From Candidatus Nomurabacteria bacterium (GTDB taxonomy: Bacteria > Patescibacteriota > Saccharimonadia > Saccharimonadales > CAIOMD01): a stretch of DNA of 64,000 bases. Position 1 is the stretch's first letter. The number at the start of each line of letters is the position of its first letter. Below, piece after piece: positions 17,807 to 27,462 of this stretch. The notes beneath the pieces are model-generated. The model had not been told where the DNA came from and searched no databases. It worked only from the letters and a program-made list of their open reading frames with translations. Both the position numbers and the translations under genes were made by a program. Location of the stretch: NCBI GenBank assembly GCA_020631975.1, contig JACKGO010000001.1, positions 131,409 through 195,408 on the forward strand. The letters run 5' to 3'.

Positions 17807-18565
17807 ATGCAAGAAAATACAAACCCTACAAAAGACACACCATCACCAGATGGTGCTACGGTTGCACCATTAGGGACTACTCACCCACTGGTGCAAGACA
17901 GTCAACCCGTGCAAGGTGCGAACACACCTACAAACCCCATGGTAACACCAGCCCAAGTAGTTCCGAGTGCTGGTATTTACCCAGAAGCAACGAAAGGCTT
18001 TGTTGGTGCTTTACAAACAAGCTCAGCTGAAGACCCACTACAATCACTCTCAGAAGATTCAAATAGTGGGCAGTCACTACTGTTCGTGAGTGCTTTTGCG
18101 GTTTCGTTCGCATTGGTTCTTAGTATTGTTGCTAGTGTCAGTGGTGTTCTAGAAATTATTTTTAACCATGTGGGCAAAACAGCCACAAGCAGCACCAGTT
18201 CGTATCTTGGACTAGATACCTATGAGTTAAAACTACTTTTGTGGCTCGTTTCTAGTTTAGTAATATCAACTGTGGTATATGTACTCATGGTGTTGTATCT
18301 ACAAAAAAATAACGAAGTACGCCTGACTGATTTTTCACTTAAAGTAAAAGGTTTTGTGTATGGGGCCTTTTTGTCAATTCTTGCAGTGGCGACAGTAACG
18401 TCTGTAGCCAATATCGCCTATTCAGCACTTGTACCACTGGTGCCTAAAGGGAGCTACGAAACATCTACCGGTGCATGGTGGCCTGGGATTGTGCAGGCTG
18501 TATTAACGAGCTTGCTTCTTGCCGGAATAGCTTTTTATTATGTAAAAAAAGCTAAAAGGTTGTAA
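17807..18565 (+). CDS. Hypothetical membrane protein with Pro/Thr-rich N-terminus
   Basis: 252 aa. Low-complexity N-terminal 90 aa, then four hydrophobic helices. Confidence 0.55.
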   Translation: MQENTNPTKDTPSPDGATVAPLGTTHPLVQDSQPVQGANTPTNPMVTPAQVVPSAGIYPEATKGFVGALQTSSAEDPLQSLSEDSNSGQSLLFVSAFAVSFALVLSIVASVSGVLEIIFNHVGKTATSSTSSYLGLDTYELKLLLWLVSSLVISTVVYVLMVLYLQKNNEVRLTDFSLKVKGFVYGAFLSILAVATVTSVANIAYSALVPLVPKGSYETSTGAWWPGIVQAVLTSLLLAGIAFYYVKKAKRL

Positions 18566-18572
18566 AAACACC

Positions 18573-19133
18573 ATGAAAAAATTTGACACCGTGTACGTAT
18601 TAGCGCTAACACTATTTGTGGCTGGCGTCGTTATTGTTGCAATGCTTATTCCGTTTAAGCAGATGCGACAAGCGGCACTAGATAGTACAATGTCATCTGC
18701 CCTAACAGAAGTAGCGCAAGAAATTAAAGCTTTTGTCCAGAAAAATAATAAACTACCAGAAGATGTAAATGCGCTTGAGTTTAAGGGTGAAATGTCGGTT
18801 GTAAATAACAACCCAGCTATACTTGGGCAAATTACCTATCAAAAAGACAGTAGTAACTCTAAAGAGATGCAATTTAGCTTGTGTGCAAACTTTAAAACCG
18901 AAAATAAATCATCAGAATCTAGCCCCTTACCGACTGCCCTTATGGGCCAGAGCCTAAGCCCGCAAAGCTATAGTTCAGTGGACTATAAAAACCACCCTGC
19001 AGGGTACCATTGTTTTGAAAAAGAAACGATCTCAAGCGCAAACAGCTACGATTCGTATTTTGAAAGTTTATACAATAATCAATCACCACAAGACACCACA
19101 CAACCTATGATTGATCCATATAATTTTAATTAA
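18573..19133 (+). CDS. Hypothetical N-terminally anchored secreted protein
   Basis: 186 aa with a single N-terminal TM (VYVLALTLFVAGVVIVAMLI). It starts 8 nt after the previous gene. Confidence 0.5.
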   Translation: MKKFDTVYVLALTLFVAGVVIVAMLIPFKQMRQAALDSTMSSALTEVAQEIKAFVQKNNKLPEDVNALEFKGEMSVVNNNPAILGQITYQKDSSNSKEMQFSLCANFKTENKSSESSPLPTALMGQSLSPQSYSSVDYKNHPAGYHCFEKETISSANSYDSYFESLYNNQSPQDTTQPMIDPYNFN

Positions 19134-19203
19134 CGAGAAATACATCAAGTACTACTATCACAAAGTATAGTAAAAATATTAAAAGTATTATATAATATTT
19201 TTA

Positions 19204-20013
19204 ATGAGTACAGAGTCTATAGGCAATCTTGATCTTCCAGTTGGACATCCAAATCATCAAGAATCAGAGCAATCTGTAGCAGAGATTCTACTGGTAGATA
19301 GCAATGAAGTCACACCAGAGGAGGCAATGTTTTGGCGTGATGCTGGGTTGATATTTTTAAAAAACTTGAGCAAAGAATCGTTTCGTCTACGCTTTGGTAG
19401 CCCCAAACCAGAAGAAGATACAGGTCTTATACCAGTTGTTGATTACTTTGTATTCAGCCAACAACATCACCATAAGATGTTGTTATTGATGCACGAAGCT
19501 AAGCTAATAGGTGCATGTAGTATATTTGATTATCCATTGCGAGATTCAATGGGCTCTTCTACTGTTATTAATACTGATGATGTTGTAGAGCTGGCGGTCA
19601 CCATAAGTGATGAACAGCAAGGTAAAAAATTAGGAACAGTGCTATTAGAACAGGCGGTACAAGTTGCTGGTGCAGACGGCAAGACCCACGTTTATACAAG
19701 TTTTAACTCAGATAACGATAGGAGCCGTCGTTTAGTTGAACGTATTTTAGGCTCTGCTAATATTGTTGCAGGTAAAGATAATTTACAAGATAAATTCTGG
19801 AGAATACCAGGAGTACCAGCTGATGACTATATGATCCAGAAAACGCTATGCGTCTCTATTGTGGTGATGAATCTACAGAGCTTGATGATACTAAGCGAGG
19901 GAATAGGATTGATCGTATTGGTAAGTTTGGTCGCGATATTCTATCGAAGATTCCGATACCACACGATACCGAAAGCCTTGATCCATCAAAGTAAACATTT
20001 CTTAAAGTATTGA
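19204..20013 (+). CDS. Putative GNAT-like acetyltransferase with a C-terminal hydrophobic extension
   Basis: VELAVTISDEQQGKKLGTVLLEQAV resembles GNAT motif A. The C-terminal 60 aa are of uncertain validity. Confidence 0.4.
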   Translation: MSTESIGNLDLPVGHPNHQESEQSVAEILLVDSNEVTPEEAMFWRDAGLIFLKNLSKESFRLRFGSPKPEEDTGLIPVVDYFVFSQQHHHKMLLLMHEAKLIGACSIFDYPLRDSMGSSTVINTDDVVELAVTISDEQQGKKLGTVLLEQAVQVAGADGKTHVYTSFNSDNDRSRRLVERILGSANIVAGKDNLQDKFWRIPGVPADDYMIQKTLCVSIVVMNLQSLMILSEGIGLIVLVSLVAIFYRRFRYHTIPKALIHQSKHFLKY

Positions 20014-20056
20014 CAAAAAAATAAAAAAGTGATATACTATAATCAAGAGGTAGTAT

Positions 20057-20569
20057 ATGACGAGTGCTTTTGTACACAAAAGGCGTTTTGGCATGACAAT
20101 ACTTGCAGGGGTAACCTTAGCAAGTATTTTTTTTGGGAGCACATTTTTGTCGCACACCCAAGCAGACAGCCAAACACTGTATCAGCCAAAGACTGCTGTC
20201 ATGCAGCAATTTTTAACGAAAACGAATCAGCTACGCGCAACTGCCGGTAAGCAACCCTTACAACCAAATAGTTCGCTTGAAGCTTCTGCTCGTGCCAAAT
20301 TAGCAGATATGCAAACGAACCATTATTGGGGGCATCGCAGCCCAAGCAATATATCGTTTTCGGCATACATCTGGCAAGAAGATGAAAATGCTCAGTTGGT
20401 TGGCGAAAACTTGGCTCGTTGTTACGACACCTACGACGAAGCCTTCAAGGCATTAGTGAACAGCCCTACTCACTACAGCGTGTTGGTTGGTGATTTTACA
20501 GATATTGGCGTAGCCAGCCAGTGGACAGATTATGGGTGTGAATCTATTGTTATGCATGTTGCCAAGTAG
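20057..20569 (+). CDS. Secreted CAP/SCP (PR-1-like, YkwD-type) domain protein
   Basis: Signal-like N-terminus; motifs NHYWGHRSP, GENLARC and NSPTHYSVL. AAGAGG SD upstream. Confidence 0.7.
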   Translation: MTSAFVHKRRFGMTILAGVTLASIFFGSTFLSHTQADSQTLYQPKTAVMQQFLTKTNQLRATAGKQPLQPNSSLEASARAKLADMQTNHYWGHRSPSNISFSAYIWQEDENAQLVGENLARCYDTYDEAFKALVNSPTHYSVLVGDFTDIGVASQWTDYGCESIVMHVAK

Positions 20570-20681
20570 TTCCCTGAATATTGCTAAATTTTGGGTGGCA
20601 AAGAACTTACGTAAAAAATAGTATTTCGTAGCGCTTGATTGGTATACTTAGTATAGACACGTAAATGAGGTACAAACGTAT

Positions 20682-21419
20682 ATGCAAGATAAGAGTGGCA
20701 ATCCGGCACTAAGAGAAAGTGTCCTTGATAGAGTTGCTTCGTTAGAATCAACTGATAGCGCGAGTATTGGTGGGACTACTATTAAAATATTTACACTGCT
20801 TAGCCTGAGCGTTATAGGCGGATTTTTTGGGTGGCAAGCAATGGCGAACGCAAGTGGGGCTACAGGATTTTTGATAATAGGGGCATCACTATTTGCACTT
20901 ATTATGGCATTGACAACTGTTTTTAAACCACAGTTTGCAGCAGTAACTGGTAGTTTGTATGCGCTGTCGCAAGGGTATGTCTTGGGAGCGATTTCGCAAA
21001 CCTATAATGCAGCACTTGATGGTATTGTTATTCAGGCTATAGGGCTAACAGGCGCGATATTATTTGTAAGTTTATGGGCATTTAGTTTAGGGTTAATTAA
21101 AGTAACGCATAAGTTTAGGATAGGTGTGATTATTGCGACTGCAAGCATAGCGCTCTACTACGTTTTTGCATTTATTATTGGACTATTTGGTGGTACGGCT
21201 CCATTAATTTTTGATTCAGGCACGTGGGGTATTGTATTTAGTGCTGTTATTATTTTTGTCGCGACACTTAACCTTATTTTAGATTATGACTTTATCCAGA
21301 CAATTGTAAAACGTGGTGCTCCTAAAAAAATGGAATGGTACGCTGCATTTGCGCTCATCGTAACATTGCTTTGGTTGTACATTGAGGTATTACGTTTACT
21401 GTCTAAAACGAGACAGTAA
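20682..21419 (+). CDS. Bax inhibitor-1/YccA family membrane protein
   Basis: SGNPAL near the N-terminus followed by seven hydrophobic segments, as in COG4760-type proteins. Confidence 0.6.
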   Translation: MQDKSGNPALRESVLDRVASLESTDSASIGGTTIKIFTLLSLSVIGGFFGWQAMANASGATGFLIIGASLFALIMALTTVFKPQFAAVTGSLYALSQGYVLGAISQTYNAALDGIVIQAIGLTGAILFVSLWAFSLGLIKVTHKFRIGVIIATASIALYYVFAFIIGLFGGTAPLIFDSGTWGIVFSAVIIFVATLNLILDYDFIQTIVKRGAPKKMEWYAAFALIVTLLWLYIEVLRLLSKTRQ

Positions 21420-21421
21420 GC

Positions 21422-21967
21422 ATGAACCAATTAGATACGGAGCGCTCACGGCAACATGATAGCCGTAAAACTGTATATGAATTTTTGTTAGTGATTGGGC
21501 AATTTACTAGTTTATTTATCATCGTGTATCCATTTAGCTCTATATTTTTGTGGCAAGCAACAATTTTTCAGCTGGTGGGCGTCATGTTTGTAGCAATGGC
21601 AAGTATGCTAGCATTGTGGACTTTGAGATCTTTTAAGCAAAAAGTGAACATTTTGCCGTCGCCACGAAAACATAGTTATTTAGTGACGAGTGGTCCGTAT
21701 AAGTATATAAGACATCCGATGTACGCTGTACTTATACTTGGGAGTTTCGGTATAATTATCGCCTACCCTACTCTTGTGCGGCTTATTGGATTATGTTTGC
21801 TGATGAGCATACTTCATCTCAAAATGAAGTATGAAGAAACGATGCTTTCTAAAAAGTTTACTGGCTACGATACGTACCAGCACGCGACCAATAAGCTAAT
21901 ACCACGCGCGTGGCACAAACCTAAGACGTACAAATCTAGTAAGAAAATAGTAAAAAAAGGTACATAG
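21422..21967 (+). CDS. Isoprenylcysteine carboxyl / phospholipid methyltransferase family protein
   Basis: LVTSGPYKYIRHPMYAVLILG is the ICMT/PEMT signature. Confidence 0.7.
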   Translation: MNQLDTERSRQHDSRKTVYEFLLVIGQFTSLFIIVYPFSSIFLWQATIFQLVGVMFVAMASMLALWTLRSFKQKVNILPSPRKHSYLVTSGPYKYIRHPMYAVLILGSFGIIIAYPTLVRLIGLCLLMSILHLKMKYEETMLSKKFTGYDTYQHATNKLIPRAWHKPKTYKSSKKIVKKGT

Positions 21968-21968
21968 A

Positions 21969-23144
21969 ATGTCTACTATTACACCACTTGCCGAACAATT
22001 GCGACCTCAAAAAATTAAGGATATCATTGGACAAACCAAAATTGTCGGTAAGGGTGAAATTATTGATCATATTATAAAAACCAAGCAGCCTGTTAGCTTG
22101 ATATTGTGGGGGCCACCAGGCAGTGGCAAAACAACCATAGCACGAATAATAGCGAACGAGGTGCAGGCCGAATGTATTGAACTTAGTGCCGTTACCTCAG
22201 GTATTGCAGATGTTAAAAAGGTTATTTCACACGCCGAAGCGAATAGACGGCTCGGTTTGCAAACAGTACTATTTGTAGATGAAATTCATCGTTTTAACAA
22301 AGCTCAACAAGATGCATTTTTACCACATGTAGAAAAAGGCACAATCACACTAATTGGTGCAACGACAGAAAACCCTAGCTTTGAGGTTATAGCACCGTTG
22401 TTGTCACGCATGCGTGTTGTTGTGCTAGAACCGTTAGCAGATGCTGATATAATACGAATCGCAAAAAAAGCTCTTAAAATACTTGGTTACGCTCATGCAG
22501 TGCCAAAACAAGCCTATCAGACACTTGCGCATATTGCTGGTGGTGATGCTCGGGTTGCGCTTGGAACACTAGAGCTAGCTCTAAGCCTATCCCCTACTAT
22601 TTCTATGGAAACAATAAAGCAAGCTGCCCAGACCACTATGCCTAGTTACGACAAAGCTGGCGAGCAACACTTTGCTATGGTGAGTGCATTTATTAAGAGC
22701 ATGCGAGGATCTGACGTAAACGCAACGTTGTACTACCTAGCTCGCATGCTACAGGCTGGTGAAGACCCAAAATTTATTGCTCGCAGAATGATTATATTTG
22801 CAAGCGAAGACGTAGGTGTGGCAGCTAGTCCAGCACTTAATTTAGCTGTGAGTACATTTTTAGCAGTCGAGCGAATTGGTATGCCGGAATGCGAATATAG
22901 CTTGTATCACTGCGCAACCGTATTGGCTGGTTCAAAAAAATCTCGCGCGATACCAAATGCTATGGGAAAAGCTAAACAAGCTGCAGTAGCTACCCCCCAC
23001 CTACACGTTCCGTTGCACCTGCGTAATGCGAGTACTTCGCTTATGAAAGAATTGGGATACGGAAAGTCATATCAATGGGAAGCTGATTACAAGCACCCCG
23101 ATGGGTTCTTGCCACCAGAAGTTAAGGATTTACAGGTATTTTAA
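21969..23144 (+). CDS. rarA: Replication-associated recombination protein A (AAA+ ATPase)
   Basis: LWGPPGSGKTTIARIIAN, LFVDEIHRFNKAQQDAFLPHVEKGTITLIGATTENPSFEV and YLARML..GEDPKFIARRM. Confidence 0.9.
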   Translation: MSTITPLAEQLRPQKIKDIIGQTKIVGKGEIIDHIIKTKQPVSLILWGPPGSGKTTIARIIANEVQAECIELSAVTSGIADVKKVISHAEANRRLGLQTVLFVDEIHRFNKAQQDAFLPHVEKGTITLIGATTENPSFEVIAPLLSRMRVVVLEPLADADIIRIAKKALKILGYAHAVPKQAYQTLAHIAGGDARVALGTLELALSLSPTISMETIKQAAQTTMPSYDKAGEQHFAMVSAFIKSMRGSDVNATLYYLARMLQAGEDPKFIARRMIIFASEDVGVAASPALNLAVSTFLAVERIGMPECEYSLYHCATVLAGSKKSRAIPNAMGKAKQAAVATPHLHVPLHLRNASTSLMKELGYGKSYQWEADYKHPDGFLPPEVKDLQVF

Positions 23145-23171
23145 TAAGCAGCCTGTTTAGGGGCTGCTTAT
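23145..23171. terminator. Bidirectional terminator hairpin
   Basis: AAGCAGCC-tgtttagg-GGCTGCTT between the convergent rarA and 23192-23599 genes. Confidence 0.6.
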
Positions 23172-23191
23172 TAACACATTTCACTATAGAG

Positions 23192-23599
23192 TTATTCTAC
23201 AGCTATTTCATCACCGTGGACAATCAGTGCGTATATGACAAACACACAAAGTGCGATAATCACAATTGACCAGAGTGGGTAGATTGGTATAAATGCAAAG
23301 TTAACCAGTGCACTTACGCTTGCAAGGATAACGCCCGTAACACGTCCCCATGTTTTGCCAGATAAGATAGCACCACCTGCTAGTACCAAAAAGATACCCC
23401 ACAGCAGATGTACCCAGCCCCATGTTGTGTAGTCAAACAACCAGAGATTTTCTGGTCCTAAAACATACACCTCGTTTTTAAACAGCGCTACAATGCCGGC
23501 GACAGCCTGAAATGTACCAAGCACCATGCTTAATACACCAGCAAAGGCTACCCAACCAACCCAGCCACTGACTTCTTGTTTTGTACTTACTTTAGCCAT
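23192..23599 (-). CDS. Small integral membrane protein (4 TM)
   Basis: 135 aa, Trp-rich TM helices, GGAGG SD upstream. Confidence 0.6.
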   Translation of the reverse strand: MAKVSTKQEVSGWVGWVAFAGVLSMVLGTFQAVAGIVALFKNEVYVLGPENLWLFDYTTWGWVHLLWGIFLVLAGGAILSGKTWGRVTGVILASVSALVNFAFIPIYPLWSIVIIALCVFVIYALIVHGDEIAVE

Positions 23600-23694
23600 A
23601 AAACCTCCTTGTTTTATAGTTGAATATTACACCAAAACGTAACTACAAACAAATATTATGATTAAGATGTAGTGCAAGATACAGGTGTATTTAA

Positions 23695-23925
23695 ATGGTA
23701 TACTGTTTTTATATGGTAGTTTTAAACTTCTTCTTAGCAGGATATATTGTGCTTTTAATAGCAGTTGTGGTAAATGTATTATCCACAAAAGCTGGCTTGG
23801 GTTCGTGGTATGAATTTTTAAAAAACCCAAAATCATCTAAGATAACTTCAATCATTTGGCTGGTCTGGGCGTATCCGTTGGTACTTGGTGTCATAGCCTA
23901 TTTTGCCGTCAGTGTTGCGTTTTAA
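23695..23925 (+). CDS. Hypothetical small membrane protein
   Basis: 76-aa ORF with two hydrophobic helices. The internal start MVVLNFF is possible. Confidence 0.35.
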   Translation: MVYCFYMVVLNFFLAGYIVLLIAVVVNVLSTKAGLGSWYEFLKNPKSSKITSIIWLVWAYPLVLGVIAYFAVSVAF

Positions 23926-24744
23926 TTATTTAGCCGCTTCTTCAATAGCCTGTATAACCAATGGTGCACTCTGTTTTGTTATCATATGAGCACCTCTATG
24001 TGGCATAAGTATTATGTTCTCATTATGAAAACTCGCTAGTTTATCGTAATTTTTTTGTTGTAGTAATAAGTCCATTTTACCGTAGACGAGCACCACCTTA
24101 CTATGCAAACCGAGCAATTCTGCCGTACTGTTTTGTTTCATGATGGTGTTGGTAAGGCTGAGTTTAAATGGCTCCCATGTGTCTTTTGTGAGTATAAAAC
24201 TGTTACGAAACGGGGCAATTTTGACAAAGCGCTGGGCAGTTTTTAGCGTGAGTTTTTTGTTGTAGACGATTTGGTCATACATATAAAATAGACTATTACC
24301 GAGACTCAATTTTGGATTGGCATATTTACTCGTTGCAAAAACAATATCTTCTGGATTATACAGCGGTGCGCCAACCAGAACCAGACTATGTACGAGCTGA
24401 GGATTATTTTCAGCAATATCAATCGCAATTAGGGCACCCATTGAGTGACCTACAATGACGGCCGGTTTATTCATACCAAGACGACGAATTGTTTTCGTAA
24501 CAGCACGGGCGTGATCTTGCATTGTATACGATATATGACTAGGCTTTGGCGAACTACCAAACCCTAGTAGATCTATTGTTATTGCTCTGTAGTGAGGCGG
24601 TAGTTTAGGTAGAACGTGCTTCCACGTAGAGCTGTCACTAGCTACTCCGTGTAAAAAAATAACAGGCAGACCTTGTTTGGTGTCTTGCGTTATCTTAAGG
24701 GAATAAGGAACGTGGAATAGCTTGTGAAATAGTGTCATCATCAT
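23926..24744 (-). CDS. Alpha/beta hydrolase
   Basis: VIFLHGVASDSSTW and the nucleophile elbow VGHSMGA. Confidence 0.8.
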   Translation of the reverse strand: MMMTLFHKLFHVPYSLKITQDTKQGLPVIFLHGVASDSSTWKHVLPKLPPHYRAITIDLLGFGSSPKPSHISYTMQDHARAVTKTIRRLGMNKPAVIVGHSMGALIAIDIAENNPQLVHSLVLVGAPLYNPEDIVFATSKYANPKLSLGNSLFYMYDQIVYNKKLTLKTAQRFVKIAPFRNSFILTKDTWEPFKLSLTNTIMKQNSTAELLGLHSKVVLVYGKMDLLLQQKNYDKLASFHNENIILMPHRGAHMITKQSAPLVIQAIEEAAK

Positions 24745-24802
24745 ATTCTAGTATACGGTATTTTTGTCAGAGGTGAAGAAAGTATGCTACGCTAATGGTA
24801 AG

Positions 24803-26038
24803 ATGAAACAACTCATACGCATGTTGTCTGTTGCTGGTTTAACTGGCGTGCTCGTGGCCGGTATATATTTTGTATTTAGTGCCGTCGTAGAACAGCTGCA
24901 GGATTTTATATGGTTTACTCTTATAGATACCGAAGAAAATAAATTACTCGTGTTCCCCTTAGCTATCACGGCGGGTGTACTCTTCGGCTTTTTGCTTAAA
25001 ATATTAGGCGAAGATACTAAACATGAAGCTAATCACAGCATTGCAAGTTATGCATCTAGTGCAAGTCAGATTAACAGCAGCTGGGTATTACGAGTACTGG
25101 GAATAGGTGTTGCGAGTTTGGTGGCTGGTGCATCACTTGGGCCAGAAGCCATCTTACTGCCGGCTTCATACGGGGTCGCCTTTTTACTCGCTAAAAAATT
25201 CAAGCTTCCGAACCCTGCTCAATTAGGTATGTTAGGCATAATTGTCCTGTTAGCTGTATTTTTTAATGGCTATGCTGCTGCAATTATCCTGCTAGCGTTT
25301 ATAGGTTATAAAAACACAAAAAATATCAAAAAAAGCCTTTTTTTGGTAGTGCTTGGTGTATTTGCAATATTCATAAGCTTAGCTACCTTGCGGTTATTAA
25401 ACGAAAGAGAGGGCTATGTATACATAGGCCCGATTGGTGATGTTACGCTCACACCTACACTATTTGCTGCAGCTGTCATCATAGCAGCCGTCGCTACCTC
25501 ACTACCGCTCCTGTTGGATGTATTAACAGCCTTATTTAGGCGAATGTTTGATAGGGTGAGGTCACATTGGTTCATTGCCGGAGCACTTGCTGGCTTGGGT
25601 ATTGGTGTAGCCTATTACTTACTTGGTCCAATAGGTTATTTTAGTGGTCGGTCTGGGTTAGGAGAACTCTTAACTATCAATAGTGAGCTTACTTCCTTGC
25701 AACTTGCTGGCCTAACATTTGGAAAACTCATTGTGACTGCATGGTCGTTAGCGACGATATATAGAGGAGGTTTTGTATTTCCGCAGCTACTAGTTGGTAT
25801 GAGCATGGCTCTGCTACTGAGTGGTGGCATACCCGATAGCAGTTGGCTATTTACGTTGTTGTATGCGTCATTTTTTGGCATATTTACTGGTGCACTAGGC
25901 TCAATGCTTGTCGCTGCTGCCTTTGTTCTTACACTATTTGGAACGACTGCCCTACCACTTTTAGTAGCTGCTGCCGCTGGGTCATTACTCATAAAAACGA
26001 TATTCAAAAAACAGTTTGCTTCAAAAGCAACCGTGTAA
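24803..26038 (+). CDS. Divergent ClC-family (voltage-gated chloride channel-like) membrane protein
   Basis: GASLGPEA lies in the position of the GxEGP filter motif, and GGFVFPQLLVG resembles GxFxP. Start uncertain (ORF track TTG 24764; ATG 24803 chosen). Confidence 0.5.
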   Translation: MKQLIRMLSVAGLTGVLVAGIYFVFSAVVEQLQDFIWFTLIDTEENKLLVFPLAITAGVLFGFLLKILGEDTKHEANHSIASYASSASQINSSWVLRVLGIGVASLVAGASLGPEAILLPASYGVAFLLAKKFKLPNPAQLGMLGIIVLLAVFFNGYAAAIILLAFIGYKNTKNIKKSLFLVVLGVFAIFISLATLRLLNEREGYVYIGPIGDVTLTPTLFAAAVIIAAVATSLPLLLDVLTALFRRMFDRVRSHWFIAGALAGLGIGVAYYLLGPIGYFSGRSGLGELLTINSELTSLQLAGLTFGKLIVTAWSLATIYRGGFVFPQLLVGMSMALLLSGGIPDSSWLFTLLYASFFGIFTGALGSMLVAAAFVLTLFGTTALPLLVAAAAGSLLIKTIFKKQFASKATV

Positions 26039-26692
26039 TTACTCTATAATAATTGGACACTCTTGGTAGTAGCTACGATCATCAATGATTTTAAGTTCAA
26101 ACTGTGCCACGTTTACCCGTCTTATACTAGGTACCTCTAAAACGCCACACGTATACCGTTTTTTATAAATGCGGTATGGTGACGATGGTTGTTTATTTGT
26201 TAGCAGGCCACAACGCACCAACGTCCAGTTGAGATTACTGTTTTTTACTATAGTATCTTCTTTTTTCTTGTAGTGGTAGATGTTACGTAAAGGAAGAAAT
26301 ACTTTAAAACTTAGTTGCATGAGGGGGCTTGCATCATGCAGATGCTCTGTAGCCCATGCACCTGACTGTCCAATGTATCGTTGAACACCATGCTTTTGCA
26401 TAGCGTTAATAATATTATTGGTGGCAAGCTCACTTATCGGGTAATTTTTTTTGTCGAACATTTTTGGTGCTATGATATTAATCACGACATCATGTCCGCG
26501 TATCGCACGATCCACATCGTGATACACCTTGGCGTCTCCAGTGATAATATGTAAACGTTTATGACTTGGTAATTTGTCTTTTGCTAATAATGTATAGCTA
26601 AAGACTGATACCGAATGATTAAGAGATAGGGCTTGGCGAACCACCTCCCTTCCTGTTCGACCAGTTCCACCGAATACAATAATGTTACTCAT
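26039..26692 (-). CDS. NAD(P)H-binding atypical SDR (NmrA/flavin reductase-like)
   Basis: N-terminal Rossmann motif IIVFGGTGRTGREVV. Confidence 0.7.
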   Translation of the reverse strand: MSNIIVFGGTGRTGREVVRQALSLNHSVSVFSYTLLAKDKLPSHKRLHIITGDAKVYHDVDRAIRGHDVVINIIAPKMFDKKNYPISELATNNIINAMQKHGVQRYIGQSGAWATEHLHDASPLMQLSFKVFLPLRNIYHYKKKEDTIVKNSNLNWTLVRCGLLTNKQPSSPYRIYKKRYTCGVLEVPSIRRVNVAQFELKIIDDRSYYQECPIIIE

Positions 26693-27425
26693 CTTGAGGT
26701 TCCTTTACTACACTTCTTTGACTAATTTTTTTTGCTACGTAGATACCAGCGACTCCACTCGCGTTAATTGTCCAGTGCAAGAGCCACGGAGCAACGATAC
26801 TGCCAGCTAGTATACGTAGATAGCCAAACAATAACCCAGCAACAGATGTGATGGTTACAGTTGCTACAACCCCGCCGTACATACGATGTTTTTTAGTTTG
26901 TACTGCACGAGCGGTAGCATCATTTTGTTCGAGTGTTTTAATAGTAGGAAAAATATGCCATAAACCAAAAATTGCAGATGAATATAGTAGTGCAATTAGG
27001 GTCGGATAGTGAATTAATAATAAGCCAAGTAATACACCACGGAATAAAACTTCTTCTATGAGCGCGGTGCTAAAAGGTATGCGAATACCTGCCTCAAATG
27101 CGATTAATCGGCCGCTTGCACTACTTAGGTTGTCTCCTAAAAAGTATTTTCTTAGTGGTGGGATAATTGCGATAATAAGGGTCATAATAGCTATCACTAA
27201 TGATGCTGCCGCTGCTATGAGAATACCTGAAGTAATCGTATATACCGATATGCCCATATCTCTTGGAGTTAGCCCGAATCCAAACCCGAGTGTAATTGCC
27301 GTTATTGCGATACCAAGGTTAAGAATCATATGAAATTTGCGCGGCACCAGCTTTGCTAATACCGTGCCATAAAGTAAAATGAGCACGATAAGAGATAGCT
27401 CTTGAGCAATATGTATTGGTACCAT
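26685..27425 (-). CDS. CPBP family intramembrane glutamic endopeptidase (CAAX protease/Abi)
   Basis: EEVLFRGVLLG and FGLWH motifs. It overlaps the downstream gene by 8 nt. Confidence 0.8.
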   Translation of the reverse strand: MVPIHIAQELSLIVLILLYGTVLAKLVPRKFHMILNLGIAITAITLGFGFGLTPRDMGISVYTITSGILIAAAASLVIAIMTLIIAIIPPLRKYFLGDNLSSASGRLIAFEAGIRIPFSTALIEEVLFRGVLLGLLLIHYPTLIALLYSSAIFGLWHIFPTIKTLEQNDATARAVQTKKHRMYGGVVATVTITSVAGLLFGYLRILAGSIVAPWLLHWTINASGVAGIYVAKKISQRSVVKEPQDE

Positions 27426-27462
27426 TGTTTCTATTATCTGCTATTGTGCCACAAAGGCGCAA